Source: Eledone cirrhosa (taxonomy: Eukaryota). Taken from it: DNA of 64,000 nt. Below the pieces are notes generated by a model that saw nothing but the letters and a program-made list of their open reading frames with translations, made no database searches and was not told the DNA's origin. Positions 1 through 14,542 of the stretch are shown here, piece by piece. The stretch spans positions 9,300,001 through 9,364,000 of the forward strand of contig OZ024755.1 in NCBI GenBank assembly GCA_964016885.1, read 5' to 3'. The position numbers were made by a program, and so were the translations under genes. Position 1 is the stretch's first letter. Each line of letters starts with the position of its first letter.

Positions 1-105
1 CGTAAGGATGAAAAGCAAAGTTAACCTCGACGGAATTTGAACTGTGACAATAAAAGGAATGTAACTATGCTAGAAAGCATGGCGTCCGACCCTCTACCGA
101 TACTG
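1..105 (-). mobile_element. tRNA-derived SINE, family A (5' part, cut by window edge)
   Basis: Reverse complement of the head and centre of the copy at 143-332 (ggcagtatcggtagagggtcggacgccatgc...gagttcaaat...gaggttaactttgc). Confidence 0.85.
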
Positions 106-142
106 ATGATGATAATAATAAAAGTTTCTTATTATTTGTCAC

Positions 143-332
143 GGTGGATTGGCAGTATTGGTAGAGGGTCGGACGCCATGCTTTACATCAAAGTGTTACG
201 GCCTTTTATGGTCTGAGTTCAAATCCCGCCGAGGTTAACTTTGCCTTTCATCCTTACGGGGTCGATAAAATAAAGTTCCAGTAATACACTGGGATAATTG
301 CTGGCCTTGTGCCAAAAGTAGAAACAATTATT
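143..332 (+). mobile_element. tRNA-derived SINE, family A, full length with 12-bp TSD
   Basis: Pol III A-box-like tggcagtattggtag, B-box gagttcaaatccc, central ttgcctttcatccttacggggtcgataaaataaag domain, 3' end gccaaaagtagaaacaattat. TSD attatttgtcac at 131-142 and 327-338. Confidence 0.9.
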
Positions 333-687
333 TGTCACAAGGGTGTTGGATGGAGGGAATATTACAAAGACAAGTTACATAAAGATGGGGAGGGGGTTCT
401 TACGTAGAGAGATAAATTAATGATAGTAATGAAATGACAGAAATAATAGTAATAATAGTAATAATATTTAACAGCGGTTCAATGTCACAGATTTAGAATA
501 GTTGGGGTGAGGTGAATTTATACAACTGACTCCAGCACATGACTGAGACTTATTTTAATAAACCGGAATTATAGACGACAGAAGGGGATCGATGGCGATC
601 TAATCACACATATACACACATATGTGTGTGTGTGTATATATATATTATATGTATATATATATTATATATATATATATATATATATGT

Positions 688-736
<49 letters not shown>

Positions 737-1087
737 TATATAATACCACAAGGAATTTACTGCGATTCTGTATTATATACCCACTTTTAATAAAATACTT
801 CCGTGGGCTCAGCAATTGATCTGGGTGGCAAAGATTGCAAAAAATATAACAAGAAGATTTTGTAACAAGAAAGAAAAATATGAAATGAAGCCAAGCAAAC
901 ATATATACCAGTGAGAAAGTAAAGAAAGGCTAACAACAATCCTTGTGTGGTAAAAGCTGCAATCAAGAACGTCCGCGTCAACATTGACTGAAAGAAAGCA
1001 GCTGCCATGTTTAAGATACGGCATTTTGATAACCATTAATTTAGTTTTGATACGTTGAATATATTACGCATACACGCACACGAACAT

Positions 1088-1362
<275 letters not shown>

Positions 1363-1383
1363 GCATGCATAGATAATAGATAG

Positions 1384-1414
<31 letters not shown>

Positions 1415-1605
1415 GATAATTATATGCGCATGCGTTGGTATGTGTATAGGTGATTTCTCCCTCTATCACTCTATTTTCCTCTCTCGCTGTGTATATATAT
1501 ATATATATATTAAAAATGATGATAATAGGAATATGAGTTTTATACATTCATGTAGTTATATATAGCTATGAATTTGCATATATATGTATATATATATATG
1601 TGTGT

Positions 1606-1654
<49 letters not shown>

Positions 1655-1732
1655 GTGTGCTTTATGTATATGTATATGCATACAAGTCTACATACATATA
1701 TATGTTTGCACGCTAATGTGCACATACGCACC

Positions 1733-1869
<137 letters not shown>

Positions 1870-2329
1870 CATACATGTATTTATATACTCGATAATGAGG
1901 GGGCATCCATCATATATATATATATTATATATATATATATTTATCATAAAACATGTCTATAGAATCACAAGATATATATATATATATATATATATATAAT
2001 AGCTTAATAGGATTGGTACAATTTGGTTAGAGCAACAAAATACTAAGATGGAAGTCGTCACATCTCAACCGACATATTTTTCTCACGCTAGCTGGAGAAA
2101 TATTTGGTTGTAAGCTATTTGATGTGGTTTAAAAATGTAGCAAACTCCACTTATTTGTATGGAGGCGGTGTACAGAGTAATGTTGTTTATAGGTTTAATC
2201 TGTTTTTAAGCCTATTTTAGTGATTGTATATATGAATTGAGGATTATTTTTTGGTATTAATAAAGAGTAGGATTGTATTACGCACAAACAAGTTTAGCCA
2301 AATATACAGCAAGACATTAGAAGCAGGAG

Positions 2330-2372
<43 letters not shown>

Positions 2373-2608
2373 ACTATAGAATCACATCTCTTCAGTCTTG
2401 AACTTGACTTCAGTACTTCGAACCAACATACACGCGCACACACACACATGCACACACATACACACACATACACGCACGCACACACACATACAGACGCACC
2501 CATACACACGAACACACACATTTTGAAGGGGAGTATGTATGTGTACGTGTGTCTGTGTGTCTGTGTGTCTGTGTTTGTATGTATAAACTTACACACATGC
2601 ATATATAT

Positions 2609-2651
<43 letters not shown>

Positions 2652-2854
2652 GATATATATACATATATATATGTGTGTGTGTGTGTGTGTGCCTGTGTGT
2701 ATGTATGTATGCGTGTGTGTGTGTGTATTTTTTATACACACGCGCACATATATATGAATATATGTATGTACAAAAGTAAACGGAAATAACAAAAGAATCG
2801 ACACAGTACAATAGAGTGTTATATTAGTTTTACGCTTGTTATAATAGGAAAATA

Positions 2855-2903
2855 GTTTTTACGCTTCGGACACTAGTCCTTCGCCAGAAGACGTGAATGA
2901 GAA
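2855..2903 (-). ncRNA. Degenerate minimal hammerhead ribozyme motif (same family as 31665-31701)
   Basis: Minus strand gtctt-CTGGCGA-a-ggac-tagt-gtcc-GAAG-cg-TA-aaaac; core positions mutated relative to CTGATGA/GAAA. Confidence 0.5.
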
Positions 2904-3424
2904 GGCCAAACTACAAAGATATGTCATACTAAGTAAATATTCCTTATGTTTATCAATTTCATTTGGAGTAAGCAGAAAACGCTGTTAACCAGCCAATCAA
3001 TAGGTTTTATAACTCCATTAGCTCCAGATTAGTCTTCCATAAGCCCTTCTTACGACTTTCTTCATGTCATTATGCACATTTACTTACAAATTCTACCACA
3101 AAGTATTTCGTTAGATTTTAATAGCAAAATTACAAATTCATATTGATTAGCCGTTTATCGTATTATAAAGATTCAATACAAATGCATTCATAATTTTTTT
3201 ATCTTAGTTTTATGATTGATCGAAATCTGATGGCGACTTCGTTGAGAAATCCATAAAACTCCTATCAACAAAGATAAGTCATGCAGTGAACAGTTATGCA
3301 GTGATTGTTAAATACTTTGTTAAATGCAACATTAGTACGGGGGTGTCAGCAGAAAAGTTCATAGGCTGAAGAGCTCCCTCTTTCGTAGGTTACCTCGCGA
3401 TTCCAACCACAATCTAAAGTCTAT

Positions 3425-3674
3425 ATCGAGCCCGACGACTCATCAGGCCGGTGTTTATCCCGGTTTCCATGGTGTTAAGCGACTGGGTGTACAATACTTC
3501 CTGCTGGACATGACTCCAGCCCATCGCAGGATTAAACCCCCAATTATTGCTGGTACTCATTTTCAATTAAGTATACTAGAGTAACATGAAATGAAGTGTT
3601 TTTGCTCAAGAACACAAAAACAACCCAGTCCAGGAATCAAACCCACACCTTTACCACTGTGTCACGCGCCTCCA
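3425..3674 (-). mobile_element. CORE-type tRNA SINE (family B)
   Basis: Minus strand ggaggcgcgtg...tggtaaag tRNA-like head followed by gtgttcttgagcaaaaacacttcatttc CORE-like box. Confidence 0.7.
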
Positions 3675-4900
3675 CTGAATTTTAATAACCTTTTCTCTGT
3701 CATGTAATGTTATGATTGTTTTCCATTTTTGACATGACATGATTAATGTAAGATGTTATTATAGGAGCTGCTTTATTTAGGTAGAGTGTCACTTGTATCC
3801 AGGAATGAACTCTACTATCAAATGGTTTTAAGTAATCAATCTAGTCCATGCTACAGTTTGTGATCCTCTTTTTAGTATTTTCTAGACTAGCCTGATTCTT
3901 TATTAACTGCTGTGTACAGCCATACATCCCTTTACGACATCGTCTCTGTTCCTCAACTAATATATAGTATTGCTCTCTTGGTGAGTAACAACCAGTAAAG
4001 ACTGTATACGTTTTTGGCAAGTAGCTGTTATGATAAATAACTTAATGATGGAACATTATATTTTAAAATGTGTTATTTTTATTAATGCAAATCTTTAGAT
4101 GAAACTATTTGATATATACGGAAGTAATGTATTACGATTTAATGTACAAATTAATGTTGGTTTGTGGTTTATTGCAGCGTTATATGAATAGATTTAACGT
4201 ATAGAAATTGCTAGATTTTGACTCCAACGAGTCGCATAGTAATAATTTCACCATAAGCTGGTAATTATCCTAAGACAATTAAATACCATTTTTGTACACG
4301 TTTCGTAATTAAATCTTAAGGATACTGAGAAATTTAGATTTCACTTCTAATTTCAGTCAGATTACAACTTTCGGAGAAGCATGAATGTATGAACATATCA
4401 TTTCATTTCCTTCTCTCATAAACATAACTACTTATGACATGGCAAATGTAATAAAAACAACAGTAAACCGAGTACGTAATGCGATTTTGATTCCGTACTA
4501 AAACTTTATAATTTTACTTAGAATAAAATCTCCGAGTAAAGGCATAAATGTTATAGCTTTTTTTTTCCGATTTCTTTACATCATACATCCTTAATTTCTA
4601 ATTTAAGAGACCCAATATTTTAATTGATTTGGGGGATTTTTTTCTATTGAATTTTTAATTTAAATAGAAATCTGACATGAGGCAGATTTATGTCTGTGAA
4701 TTGGCACTCATTAAATAATTTCAAGGGTTTCATATTAATGAAAATCGATAACTATCGTCTTTGCGTAATAAAGGTTTAAAGGACAGTCACCCATCGGAAA
4801 ATAACATTGAATTATGTCTGTAGCCAAAGCCTGAATTTTCTCTGCCATTGCATATCATAGGTATAGCTTAGCACTCTACAGAAACACAGTAATATATATA

Positions 4901-5856
4901 TTTCTTTATTCGCCACAAGGGCGCACAAGAAAAGGGAACAATGCAAAGACATATGGCGGGGATTTTACATACAATCGTGTAAAAAATGTTAACATACAAC
5001 TTCAATAATCGAAATCCCCAATAGGGGGAAGGCGTTAGAAATAGGTTGCTTTATAGCCCGTAGATAGAACAACCCTCAACTCCAGGAACATATTGTGCAA
5101 GTGCTCCTTTCTTCCTGTTGCTCTCTTCTTCAACCTACAGGTTTATATACAGAGAAGCCCCAATCACTCGGGCCATTTTTGCCACATTCACCCACCTTTC
5201 AGTAAATTTACTGGGGTGCAGAACCTCTCTCTCCACTCTGATCCTCCTTCTAAAGTGGTACCTAAAGAAGGGAATGAGTTGTTGTCCGGAGAGAAAGGCA
5301 TCTGTCCTCAGTCCTCTCAACCTTGTACACCATATAACCTCTTTCACCATAGCCATTATACAGAGGAAAACCGCCTCTCTTTCGTTTTTAAATGAAGGTG
5401 GCGGTTTGATCCTTACTATGGATTCGGCAGTCAACTGGATTTGTCCCACGCGCGACAGCAGTTGTTCTGCGTAGTTCCACAGGTCGGTTACGCCCGTGCA
5501 GTGTACAATTGCGTGCAGGACGATTTCAATATCCCGCTCGCATCTTGGATACGTCCTCTTTGAAGGATCCCTGCCGGGGCGCCCGTGCCTGTAGATCGCG
5601 TACTAGTAGAGCTCCTCGGTAGCACTGCCAGGCCAGGGACCTTTGGAAGTTGTCCATAGGTCCTGGGTGGAAAATCCTACCGAACAGACTGGTGAGCTCG
5701 TCGTCTTCGATGCCCAGATTCTCTCCGAGCACGTCGTCACACTTGTGTCGTACTATCCTTCTATAGAATGTCGAAGTTGAATCTCCACTGATTGCTGTGC
5801 CCGCTTGACAGAGGACTGTGAGCGCCTAAGCGCATTCAATGTGCCAGGTGCCCATT
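4901..5856 (-). mobile_element. 5'-truncated non-LTR retrotransposon, L1/Tx1 clade (ORF2 C-terminus plus 3' UTR), 14-bp TSD
   Basis: Frameshifted minus-strand ORF pieces (RSLAWQCYRGAL; a CCHC-like zinc knuckle region ...PRC...LHAIVHC; ...ERWVNVAKMARV); ends in aataaagaaa. TSD cacagtaatatata at 4885-4898 and 5857-5870. Confidence 0.85.
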
Positions 5857-6039
5857 CACAGTAATATATAGCTAATTAATTATACTTTAGATTGCAGTTG
5901 GTGAATCTAAACATTGGATGAGACCTGGAAAATGTAAGAATTAAAGTGAAGCCACTCCAATACTCAAACAAATTCATATAACCCCTTATTTCTGAAAAAG
6001 AAAGCTGGAATACATTTGATACTGTAATCCTGCATACAG

Positions 6040-6615
6040 TGGAGGCGTGTGGTTTAGTGGTAAAGCATAGTGTTTAACGCTCTACCGATACTGCCAATCC
6101 ACCACAGTATAATTCCTAATTTGTCTGGATTCATAAAAATACGTTATACCCTTGTGCCTATAGTAAAAATCATTATTATTTTTATTCGTCCCTTTACGTT
6201 CTGGGTTCAAATCTCGCTGAGATTAGCTTGTTTTTCATCCATACGGGGTTGATAAAAGAAAGTACCATTTACGCACTGGGCCTTGTGCCTAAATCAGAAA
6301 CCATGTGAATTGGCACTATCGGTAGAGCGTCAGAGACAATGTTTTGCAGCATAGAGTTATGACCCTTTACGTTCTGAGTTCAAATCCCACCGAGGTTAAC
6401 TTTGCCTTTCATCCTTAAGGGAGCGACGATAAAATAAAGTACCAGTCATGCACTGGGTCGATTTAATCGACTTTCCCCTCCCCAAAAATTGCTGACCTTG
6501 TGCCTATATAACCGAGGTTAACTTTACCTTTCATCCATACGGGGGCGATAAAATAAAGTACCAGTAATGCACTGGTGTAATTGATGGCCTTGTGTCAAAA
6601 GTCGAAACAATTATT
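6040..6615 (+). mobile_element. Cluster of three SINE-A copies plus a SINE-B head fragment
   Basis: Repeated gttcaaatc...gaggttaactttgcctttcatcc...gataaaataaagtacc modules at about 6185-6303, 6305-6508 and 6512-6615; ggaggcgtgtggtttagtgg at 6041. Confidence 0.8.
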
Positions 6616-6869
6616 TACCTCATTTGCTTATTCTTTTCGGTTCAGCGATTCAAATTACTTTACTAGTCGACCATGTTGACATAAACATGACTTTTATATG
6701 GGATTACTGAAATATCTTCTGGCCTAATCTCAGAACAGTCGTCTCCAAGAATCTCCCGTTAATTGGAATAGTTTTTTTTAAAGAACCCGTTGAAACATTT
6801 GAAGAATTCTGCTGCCCCTTGCCATTTTTTTATTATTATCTTTATTTCTTGCTGTTTTTTTATTGATGT

Positions 6870-7406
6870 TTATATTATTGTTGTTGGTATTGTTGTAAGT
6901 AATCTTATTTTCATTTTATTGTTGTAGTTGTTGTTGGTGGTGGTGGTGGTGGTGGTGCTGCTGCTGCTGTTATTGTTGTTGTTGGCACTGGTGTTGTTTT
7001 TGTTGTTCGTGGTGTGGTTGTTGTTGGTGGTGGTGATGTTGTTGTTGGTGGTGGTGTGATGGTGATGGTGGTGGTGGTGTTATTGTTGTTATGGTGTTGT
7101 TGCCGCTGTTGCTGTTGTTTTTATTGTGGTTATTGTTGTTGTTGGTACTGGTGTTGTTGTAGTTGTTGGTGTTGATGTTGTTGTTGTTGGTGATGGTGGT
7201 GGTGGTGGTGGTGTCATTGTTGTTGTTGCCGTTGCAGTTGTTTTTATTGTGGTTGTTGATGTTGTTATTGTTATGGCAGTGATTGTTATTGCTGTTGTTG
7301 TTATTGTTGATGTTGCAGTGGTGTTTGTTGTAGTGTTTGTTGTTTTTGTTGTTATTACTGTTTATTTTTTTGTTATTGATGTTGTTGTTGTTGTTGTTGC
7401 TGCTGC

Positions 7407-7479
<73 letters not shown>

Positions 7480-7480
7480 C
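6870..7480. repeat. Compound (GTT)n/(GGT)n trinucleotide low-complexity tract
   Basis: Direct reading; gives poly-N/V/L pseudo-ORFs. Confidence 0.95.
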
Positions 7481-7606
7481 ACAGTTTTGGGATGGGGAAT
7501 CTTAAACGAGGATGTTTTCCACTCAAGACTCTATTACGTTGTTATATATTGTTTGATACTTTCTACTATTACTGAATATTGTTTGTTATTCGTACTAAGC
7601 GTCGTA

Positions 7607-7682
<76 letters not shown>

Positions 7683-8137
7683 AAATACATAGACATACAA
7701 TACTTACATACATATATACAAATTCCAATGAAAGAGTCGTGTGTCTATGTTAGAAACTGGACCGGCTCTCTCTCTCTATCTATGTATCTATCTATGTATG
7801 TATCTATCTATATATCTATATATCTATCTCTCTATGTATCTATGTATCTATCTATATATCTATCTATCTATATATCTATCTATCTATATATATATCTATA
7901 TATATATCTATCTATCTATCTATTGGTGAAAATTCACAAAATAATAAAACCAAAAGAACATACATATGTAAAGTTCCAGTCCAGGTGTGTTGAATTAGCG
8001 GAATTGTTAAAATAATTAGACAAAATCCTTTGCATATTTGGTCTGGCTCCGTGCGATAGGAGTTCAAATCCCCCCACTTACTTCTGTCAGGATTTGCGAC
8101 CACCAGATATTACCATCAATGAAAAGACCAGTAGAAA

Positions 8138-8325
8138 ATAATTGTTTCTACTTTTGGTACAAGGCCAGCAAATACCCAGTGTATTACTGGTACTTTATTT
8201 TATCGACCCCATAAGGATGAAAGGCAAAGTTAACCTCGGTGGGATTTGAACTCAGAATGGGAAGGGCCGTAACTCTATGCGTCAAAGCATGGCGTCCCAC
8301 CCTCTACCGATACTGCCAATCCACC
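8138..8325 (-). mobile_element. SINE-A, full length
   Basis: Reverse complement of 143-332; TSD gaaaataat at 8134-8142 and 8326-8334. Confidence 0.9.
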
Positions 8326-8905
8326 GAAAATAATGATACCTATACTCTAACAACGTATTGATCATTCTTTTTTAAATATGGTCACCTCACTATACCTATC
8401 GGGAATCCACCAACAATTATACATATATATATGTGTGTGTTCATGTAGGTGTGTGTGAGGACAAGGTAAGGAGAGACAGAGGTAGACAACGGGGAGCTGA
8501 TAAAGAAAGCTTGTTACCAAATCAACTCAAACTTGATTGCCTAATTAACTGTCTATTTTTCTCATGACTTCTGTCCAATTAACGGTGTTTTCGAAACTGA
8601 TGTACAAGACATATTAAGGAAATGTCACCGCATATAGTCTTTATATATATATATATATATATAGAATATATATATATATGTATGTGTGTGTAAAATATAT
8701 ATATATATATCCTATTATATGTGTATATTAATGTATACTATTTTATATATGTATATATATATATACATTCGTATATTTATGTCTATATACATATGTGTTT
8801 TTATATATACATATATGTATATATATGTGTATATATATCTATACATATATATATATATATACATATATGTATATATATATATATGTATATATATATATAC
8901 ATACA

Positions 8906-9001
<96 letters not shown>

Positions 9002-9027
9002 TATATATATATAAACACATGTGTGTG

Positions 9028-9069
<42 letters not shown>

Positions 9070-9467
9070 CATTATAATAAGGCAAGCTTCCATAGCAGCT
9101 ATTTAACACTTACTTCCAGCCAACACATGTCTTAGTGCGATGAAACGCTAAATGGAAAATCTGAAAGACATTTGTATGTCTATCCGCCCGTCTCTCATTC
9201 CATGTCGGCTCAATGGAATTCGAGAAAGTTCCACACGTGAGTGGGAGTTTTTTATATGCTTATATGATGTGAAAACATTGAAAGAAACAAGAAACATATT
9301 CAGTTATATTTTTTACTGATATTTTAAATGATATGTTTTATCATTTATGTATATATATCCTTTCCCTTTGTATTATAGTTTTTATGTTTCCGTGATTATT
9401 TGTCTTGATATTTCAAACTGATACAATTTATACTGAAAACACACACACACACACACACACATAGACG

Positions 9468-9534
<67 letters not shown>

Positions 9535-9640
9535 AGTGGTAGAACACTGGTAGTTTATATCCGCAGCAGTAGAGCATTCAGTCCATGGGACGAGCTTGGT
9601 GGAAGTAGTTCCACAACAATATATATATATATATGTATAT

Positions 9641-9750
9641 AGTAATAATAATAAATGTGAAGACTAAAATCCAAAGAGGGCTCGATAAGGATAAATATAT
9701 ACAAGGGTGAAAGCAGCGATTCTTTGCTTAAACTTTAATCTGTTATTTTA

Positions 9751-9755
<5 letters not shown>
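9641..9755 (+). mobile_element. (TA)n-anchored two-ended element, copy 1 (head plus tail)
   Basis: agtaataataataaatgtgaagactaaaatccaaagagggctcgataagg joined to aagggtgaaagcagcgattctttgcttaaactttaatctgttattttaataa; (TA)n on both sides; recurs 6 times. Confidence 0.75.
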
Positions 9756-9816
<61 letters not shown>

Positions 9817-10422
9817 ACATATATATATATATATTGGAAAATGCGTGAGATCATTGGTGCAGTTAAGTAAATTTTAAAAAAAGAAGAGAATGTCTTCACT
9901 TGTAGTTGGTGTTCTATAACAATTTAATTTTATAATTTTACAATTTTATAATTTATAATTTTGGTATGTAGCTCTAATAAATCCTTTATTAACTTCGGTG
10001 GAAAGTTTTTTTTTTTTAAATTCTGATTAACTTTCTGGAGAACTTTCTCGTATATGGAGAAAATATCCAAATATAAATAGTTTATGGGCTGTGGAAAGAG
10101 AAACAAGCTCTATAAGAGATGTTTTGCTAGTAATTAAAAATACGAAGACAAATACATAACTAGAGCCCCGTTTCTTATAAATATGCAGGATATATATATC
10201 AAATAGCCCCCTACTATGCATTACACATGTATAATGTAGAGTACTTTAAATGTAATAGGAGCATACAAATAAAGGCACTCACAACTACGCTCTTCAATGC
10301 AATAGAAGAACACAATATATATAAAACTAAGGAAATTTACTATTAATAATAATTGTGATGTCGATGACGATAACGATAATGACGATGATGATGATGATGA
10401 TGATGATGGTAATAATAATATA

Positions 10423-10475
<53 letters not shown>

Positions 10476-10812
10476 TTTCTTTATTAACCACAAGGGTTTA
10501 CATAAAGTAGACATTAAGGACAGTACAGGACAATACAGGGCGGTACAAATGGGCATTTCTGCGTGTAAAAAAAAAAACAAGAAACAGAGGATGTAATAAT
10601 AGAGCAATGAAAAAATTCCCCAATAGGGGGGGCGACTTCCGGGAGACATTCGTGGAGAAAGCCCATTAAAAAGCCACAGTGACCCTGACAACCAGGGCAA
10701 GTGCTCTCTCCCAGTTTTCCACCTTTAATTTACAGACACATACTCAGAGTAGGCCCATTCACTCGGGCCATTCATGCCTCTCTCACCCATCTTTCAACAA
10801 AATGCTGGGAAG
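10476..10812 (-). mobile_element. Tx1/L1-clade LINE 3' fragment
   Basis: Similar to 4901-5220 (ttctttattaaccacaaggg, cccaataggggg, ggcccattcactcgggcca); 3' end abuts (TAA)n. Confidence 0.75.
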
Positions 10813-11031
10813 AATGATGATGATGATGATGCCGATTACGTAATATATGGGAATACATAAACATCCTGAAATCATGGTTTTAGACTTTTCGTTTACTATT
10901 CTTCTAGGTCTGTTGTCTTCTCTTCCCCTCTTTACCACTTTCTCTCTCTCTCTCACTCGGTCTGTTTCTCCCTCTTATTCTCTCTCCCTCTCCTATCTAT
11001 CTCTCTATCTCTTTCTCTCTCTCTCTGTCTA

Positions 11032-11126
<95 letters not shown>

Positions 11127-11230
11127 ATATATATATTTATTTATATATAGATGTGTGTGTGTATGTGTTTGTGTATATTTATATGCGTATACACATATAT
11201 GTTAACATATATATATATATATATGTTGAC

Positions 11231-11261
<31 letters not shown>

Positions 11262-11272
11262 TATATGTTGAC

Positions 11273-11390
<118 letters not shown>

Positions 11391-12133
11391 ACATATATAT
11401 ATGTTAACATATAGGTGCACACATACATGTATATACATACACAAACTCTGTATATTTTCTTATTGTCTTTCTCTTTCTTCTTTCTCCATCTTTTCTCTTA
11501 TTTACTCCTTTTCTTCTTCCTTCCTTCCTTCCTTCCTTCCTTCCGTCCGTATCTCTTTCATTATTCAGTAACTTTTCTTGCTTTCTTGTTACCATGGTGA
11601 CATTTATTTTAAAACAGGGAAAAATAAGGAAAACAAATCAGATCACTCAGTCATGTAACTGTAATAGAAATATCTTTTGACGAAAGGAATTTCAGTATTG
11701 TTTTGATTTTATTTTCTGGGAAGTAATGATCCATTCAACCCTTTGTTTTGTTTTTATACTAAAGTACGTAGCGCCATATTGTTAACAACGAATATCTTAA
11801 ACACAGTTGATAGTTAAGCTAGAAATAGAGATAGAGAGAGAAGGCTTTAAAGCTGACTATAAAAAAATTAGTCAGATGCGAACCAAAAACGATTTTGCAG
11901 CAGTCACATTCTTCTCTCTGAAATCTGGCTTGGCCTGGGAATGAACGAATGAACGAATGAACGAATGAATCTCAGCTAAAAAGCTAACATCTTTTTAACT
12001 GAGTTCTTTCAGTGCCATTATTATTAGCAATGAGAGGCCGACCCCACCCATATATATATATATAATTATATATGTATATAGAGAGAGAGGGAGAGAGAGA
12101 GAGAGAGAGAGATGTCTGTATGTATGTATATGC

Positions 12134-12190
<57 letters not shown>

Positions 12191-12511
12191 GTGTATCTTT
12201 TTTTTAGATTTTATCGACATTTTGTAATGACATGTATATATGTGTGTGTGTGTATGAGTGTGTGTGTGTGTGTATGTGTGTGTGTGTATGTGTGTGTGTA
12301 TACACGCGCGTATACATGCATACTTGAAATAGCGTGTAAAGATTTGCAATTCACTTGAGTAGGATTTATGTCAACAAATAATGGGAATTAATTAAGCTTC
12401 CAATATACACTTTCCTGTTTGCATTTTTACCTTATATGTATATAGGGATATATATGTGAAGTGTCACACATTAACCTTATATGTATATAGTATATATTAT
12501 ATGTTTAAGCG

Positions 12512-12700
12512 CGGTGAATTGGCAGTATCGGTAGAGGGTCGGACGCCATGCTTTGCAGCAAAGAGTTACGTCCATTTATGGTCTGAGTTCAAATCCCGCC
12601 GAGGTTAACTTTGCCATTCATCCTTACGGGGTCGATAAAATAAGGCACCTGTAATACACTGGGATAATTGCTGGCCTTGTGCCAAAAGTAGAAACAATTA
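12512..12700 (+). mobile_element. SINE-A, full length with 14-bp TSD
   Basis: A/B boxes and central domain; TSD attatatgtttaag at 12496-12509 and 12697-12710. Confidence 0.9.
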
Positions 12701-13849
12701 TATGTTTAAGTGTTAAATATAGCAGTGTGTTGATGTGTATGACAGTGTGTTGTTTAATATACAGAGCCTGTGCCTGAGGTTTTAGCGCCCTTAACTAGCT
12801 TTACAACATGCGTTCCATTCTCCCATATGTTTACCTATTTTTACTATTATATATTTAATTATGCAATTCTTTTTTTATATAAGACTGTGATCTTTTAAGA
12901 TCCGGTAATGCGTCCTAGATGCCCTAGATGACTGCCCAGTTGACCTTAACTCAGAATGGCAAGGGCCGTAACTCTATGCGTGAAAGCATGGCGTCCGACC
13001 CTCTACCGATATAATAATGTAATTTGTTTATGTTTATTAGTAGGGGGCCAACATGGCTATCCACGCCAGTGCCTTAACCTGCATAATTCTGAGAGGTGTA
13101 ACCTTCTAGTACGTTTCGCTTTGTTTAAAATATAAACATGCAATATACAAATGAAATAACAAATATTATATATGGTAAAAACTCCAGTAACAAAAGTAAC
13201 AAACATTGTTTTTTCTTCTATTGTCTGTTGTTTTCGTTGTGGTTTAGCTACACTTGTGATACCGTGTCGCCACGTCTTATTTTGTATTGAACTCTGTATT
13301 TTCTGTTAACACAGGCAAAATTTCCTGAAAACATGTGTTATGAATGTGTAACCCTAACTCCTGAAACCTAATCTTAAAGTTTGGATCAATAAGCATTAAT
13401 GGTAAATAGCGCCTGACGCAAATCGAAATAGCAGACGATGTAAAGCCGCAACGGAAACACAAAGCAACGCAGTAAAGCATATTTTGTAACGAGAAGGAAC
13501 ATTTTACGAATGAGTAAACAAGTGTAAGTAAACATTTTTAAAATGAATTACTATGTCATTAAAATTTAATATTATAAATATTAGAAGAGGTGAAATTATT
13601 CATTCGGATGTAGATCTGTGTAAGTTTTTATTTTTTTCTCAGTCAAAAATAAAGGGTAAAATCTGGAATCCGAAAAAAATATTTGCTGGAGTGTATCGGT
13701 AACAATTAATCCTCGAGAACTTTGACTGAAAATTTTATCAGACCTTTTAGATTTATTTATGGCAGTAAAAATATTAATTTGGGCCACTTTATTATATTGG
13801 GGAGTCCCTGGTTACAGCCCATCCCTTAATCTGCCACACTTCGTTTTCC

Positions 13850-13975
13850 TGATGAGAATAAGTATCAAACCTATAAAAATAAGTATTGGAGTGGATATGA
13901 TCGATTAAATCAAGGCGGTGCCCCAGCATTGCCTCGGTGTAATGACTAAAACTAGTAAAAGAATAAAAATAATAA
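13850..13975 (+). mobile_element. SINE family C 3' part
   Basis: aataagtatc...aatcaaggcggtgccccagcat...taatgactaaaactagtaaaagaataaaa; related pieces at 38390-38550 (+), 18275-18332 (-) and 54849-54890 (-). Confidence 0.65.
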
Positions 13976-14290
13976 TATCTTAGTGAATACTTCCGCTGAC
14001 AGTTAAAGAATGAAAGAAGTTATCAAAACGAGAAGGACGATAATTTGTTAATGTATTATATGTTAAGATATTGGCATTACTTTAATAGAGCTAAGTTAGG
14101 TTATATATTTACACAAACATAAACATGTTATTAACAGAGAATTTAATTGAATTAATTTAATTAATTCATTTACTTCTCGCTCTCTCTCTCTCTCTCTCTC
14201 ACCTCACCCACTTTCTATATCTCGGTATCTATGTCTTTCGCTCTTTGTTTTTCTTTCTCTTTCTCTTTCTGTCGGTCTCTGTCTCTCTCA

Positions 14291-14354
<64 letters not shown>

Positions 14355-14477
14355 ATCTTTCCCTCTTAATATCTCTCTTATTCTTTCTCTGTCTTACTCT
14401 TTCTCTCTCTTCCTGTTTATCTTTCTCTGCTTCTCTCACTTTCGCTCTGTTTCTCTCTTTCTACCCCACTTTGTCCT

Positions 14478-14542
<65 letters not shown>

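Noticed and set aside
143-235. tRNA genes suggested by A/B boxes
   Set aside because: No cloverleaf; the boxes are SINE heads attached to SINE bodies with TSDs.
3886-3980. Exon-like segment (ttttctag...ttg|gtgagt); similar ones at 16531-16655 and 49446-49554
   Set aside because: Stops in all frames and no linking evidence; such splice-like pairs arise by chance in AT-rich DNA.
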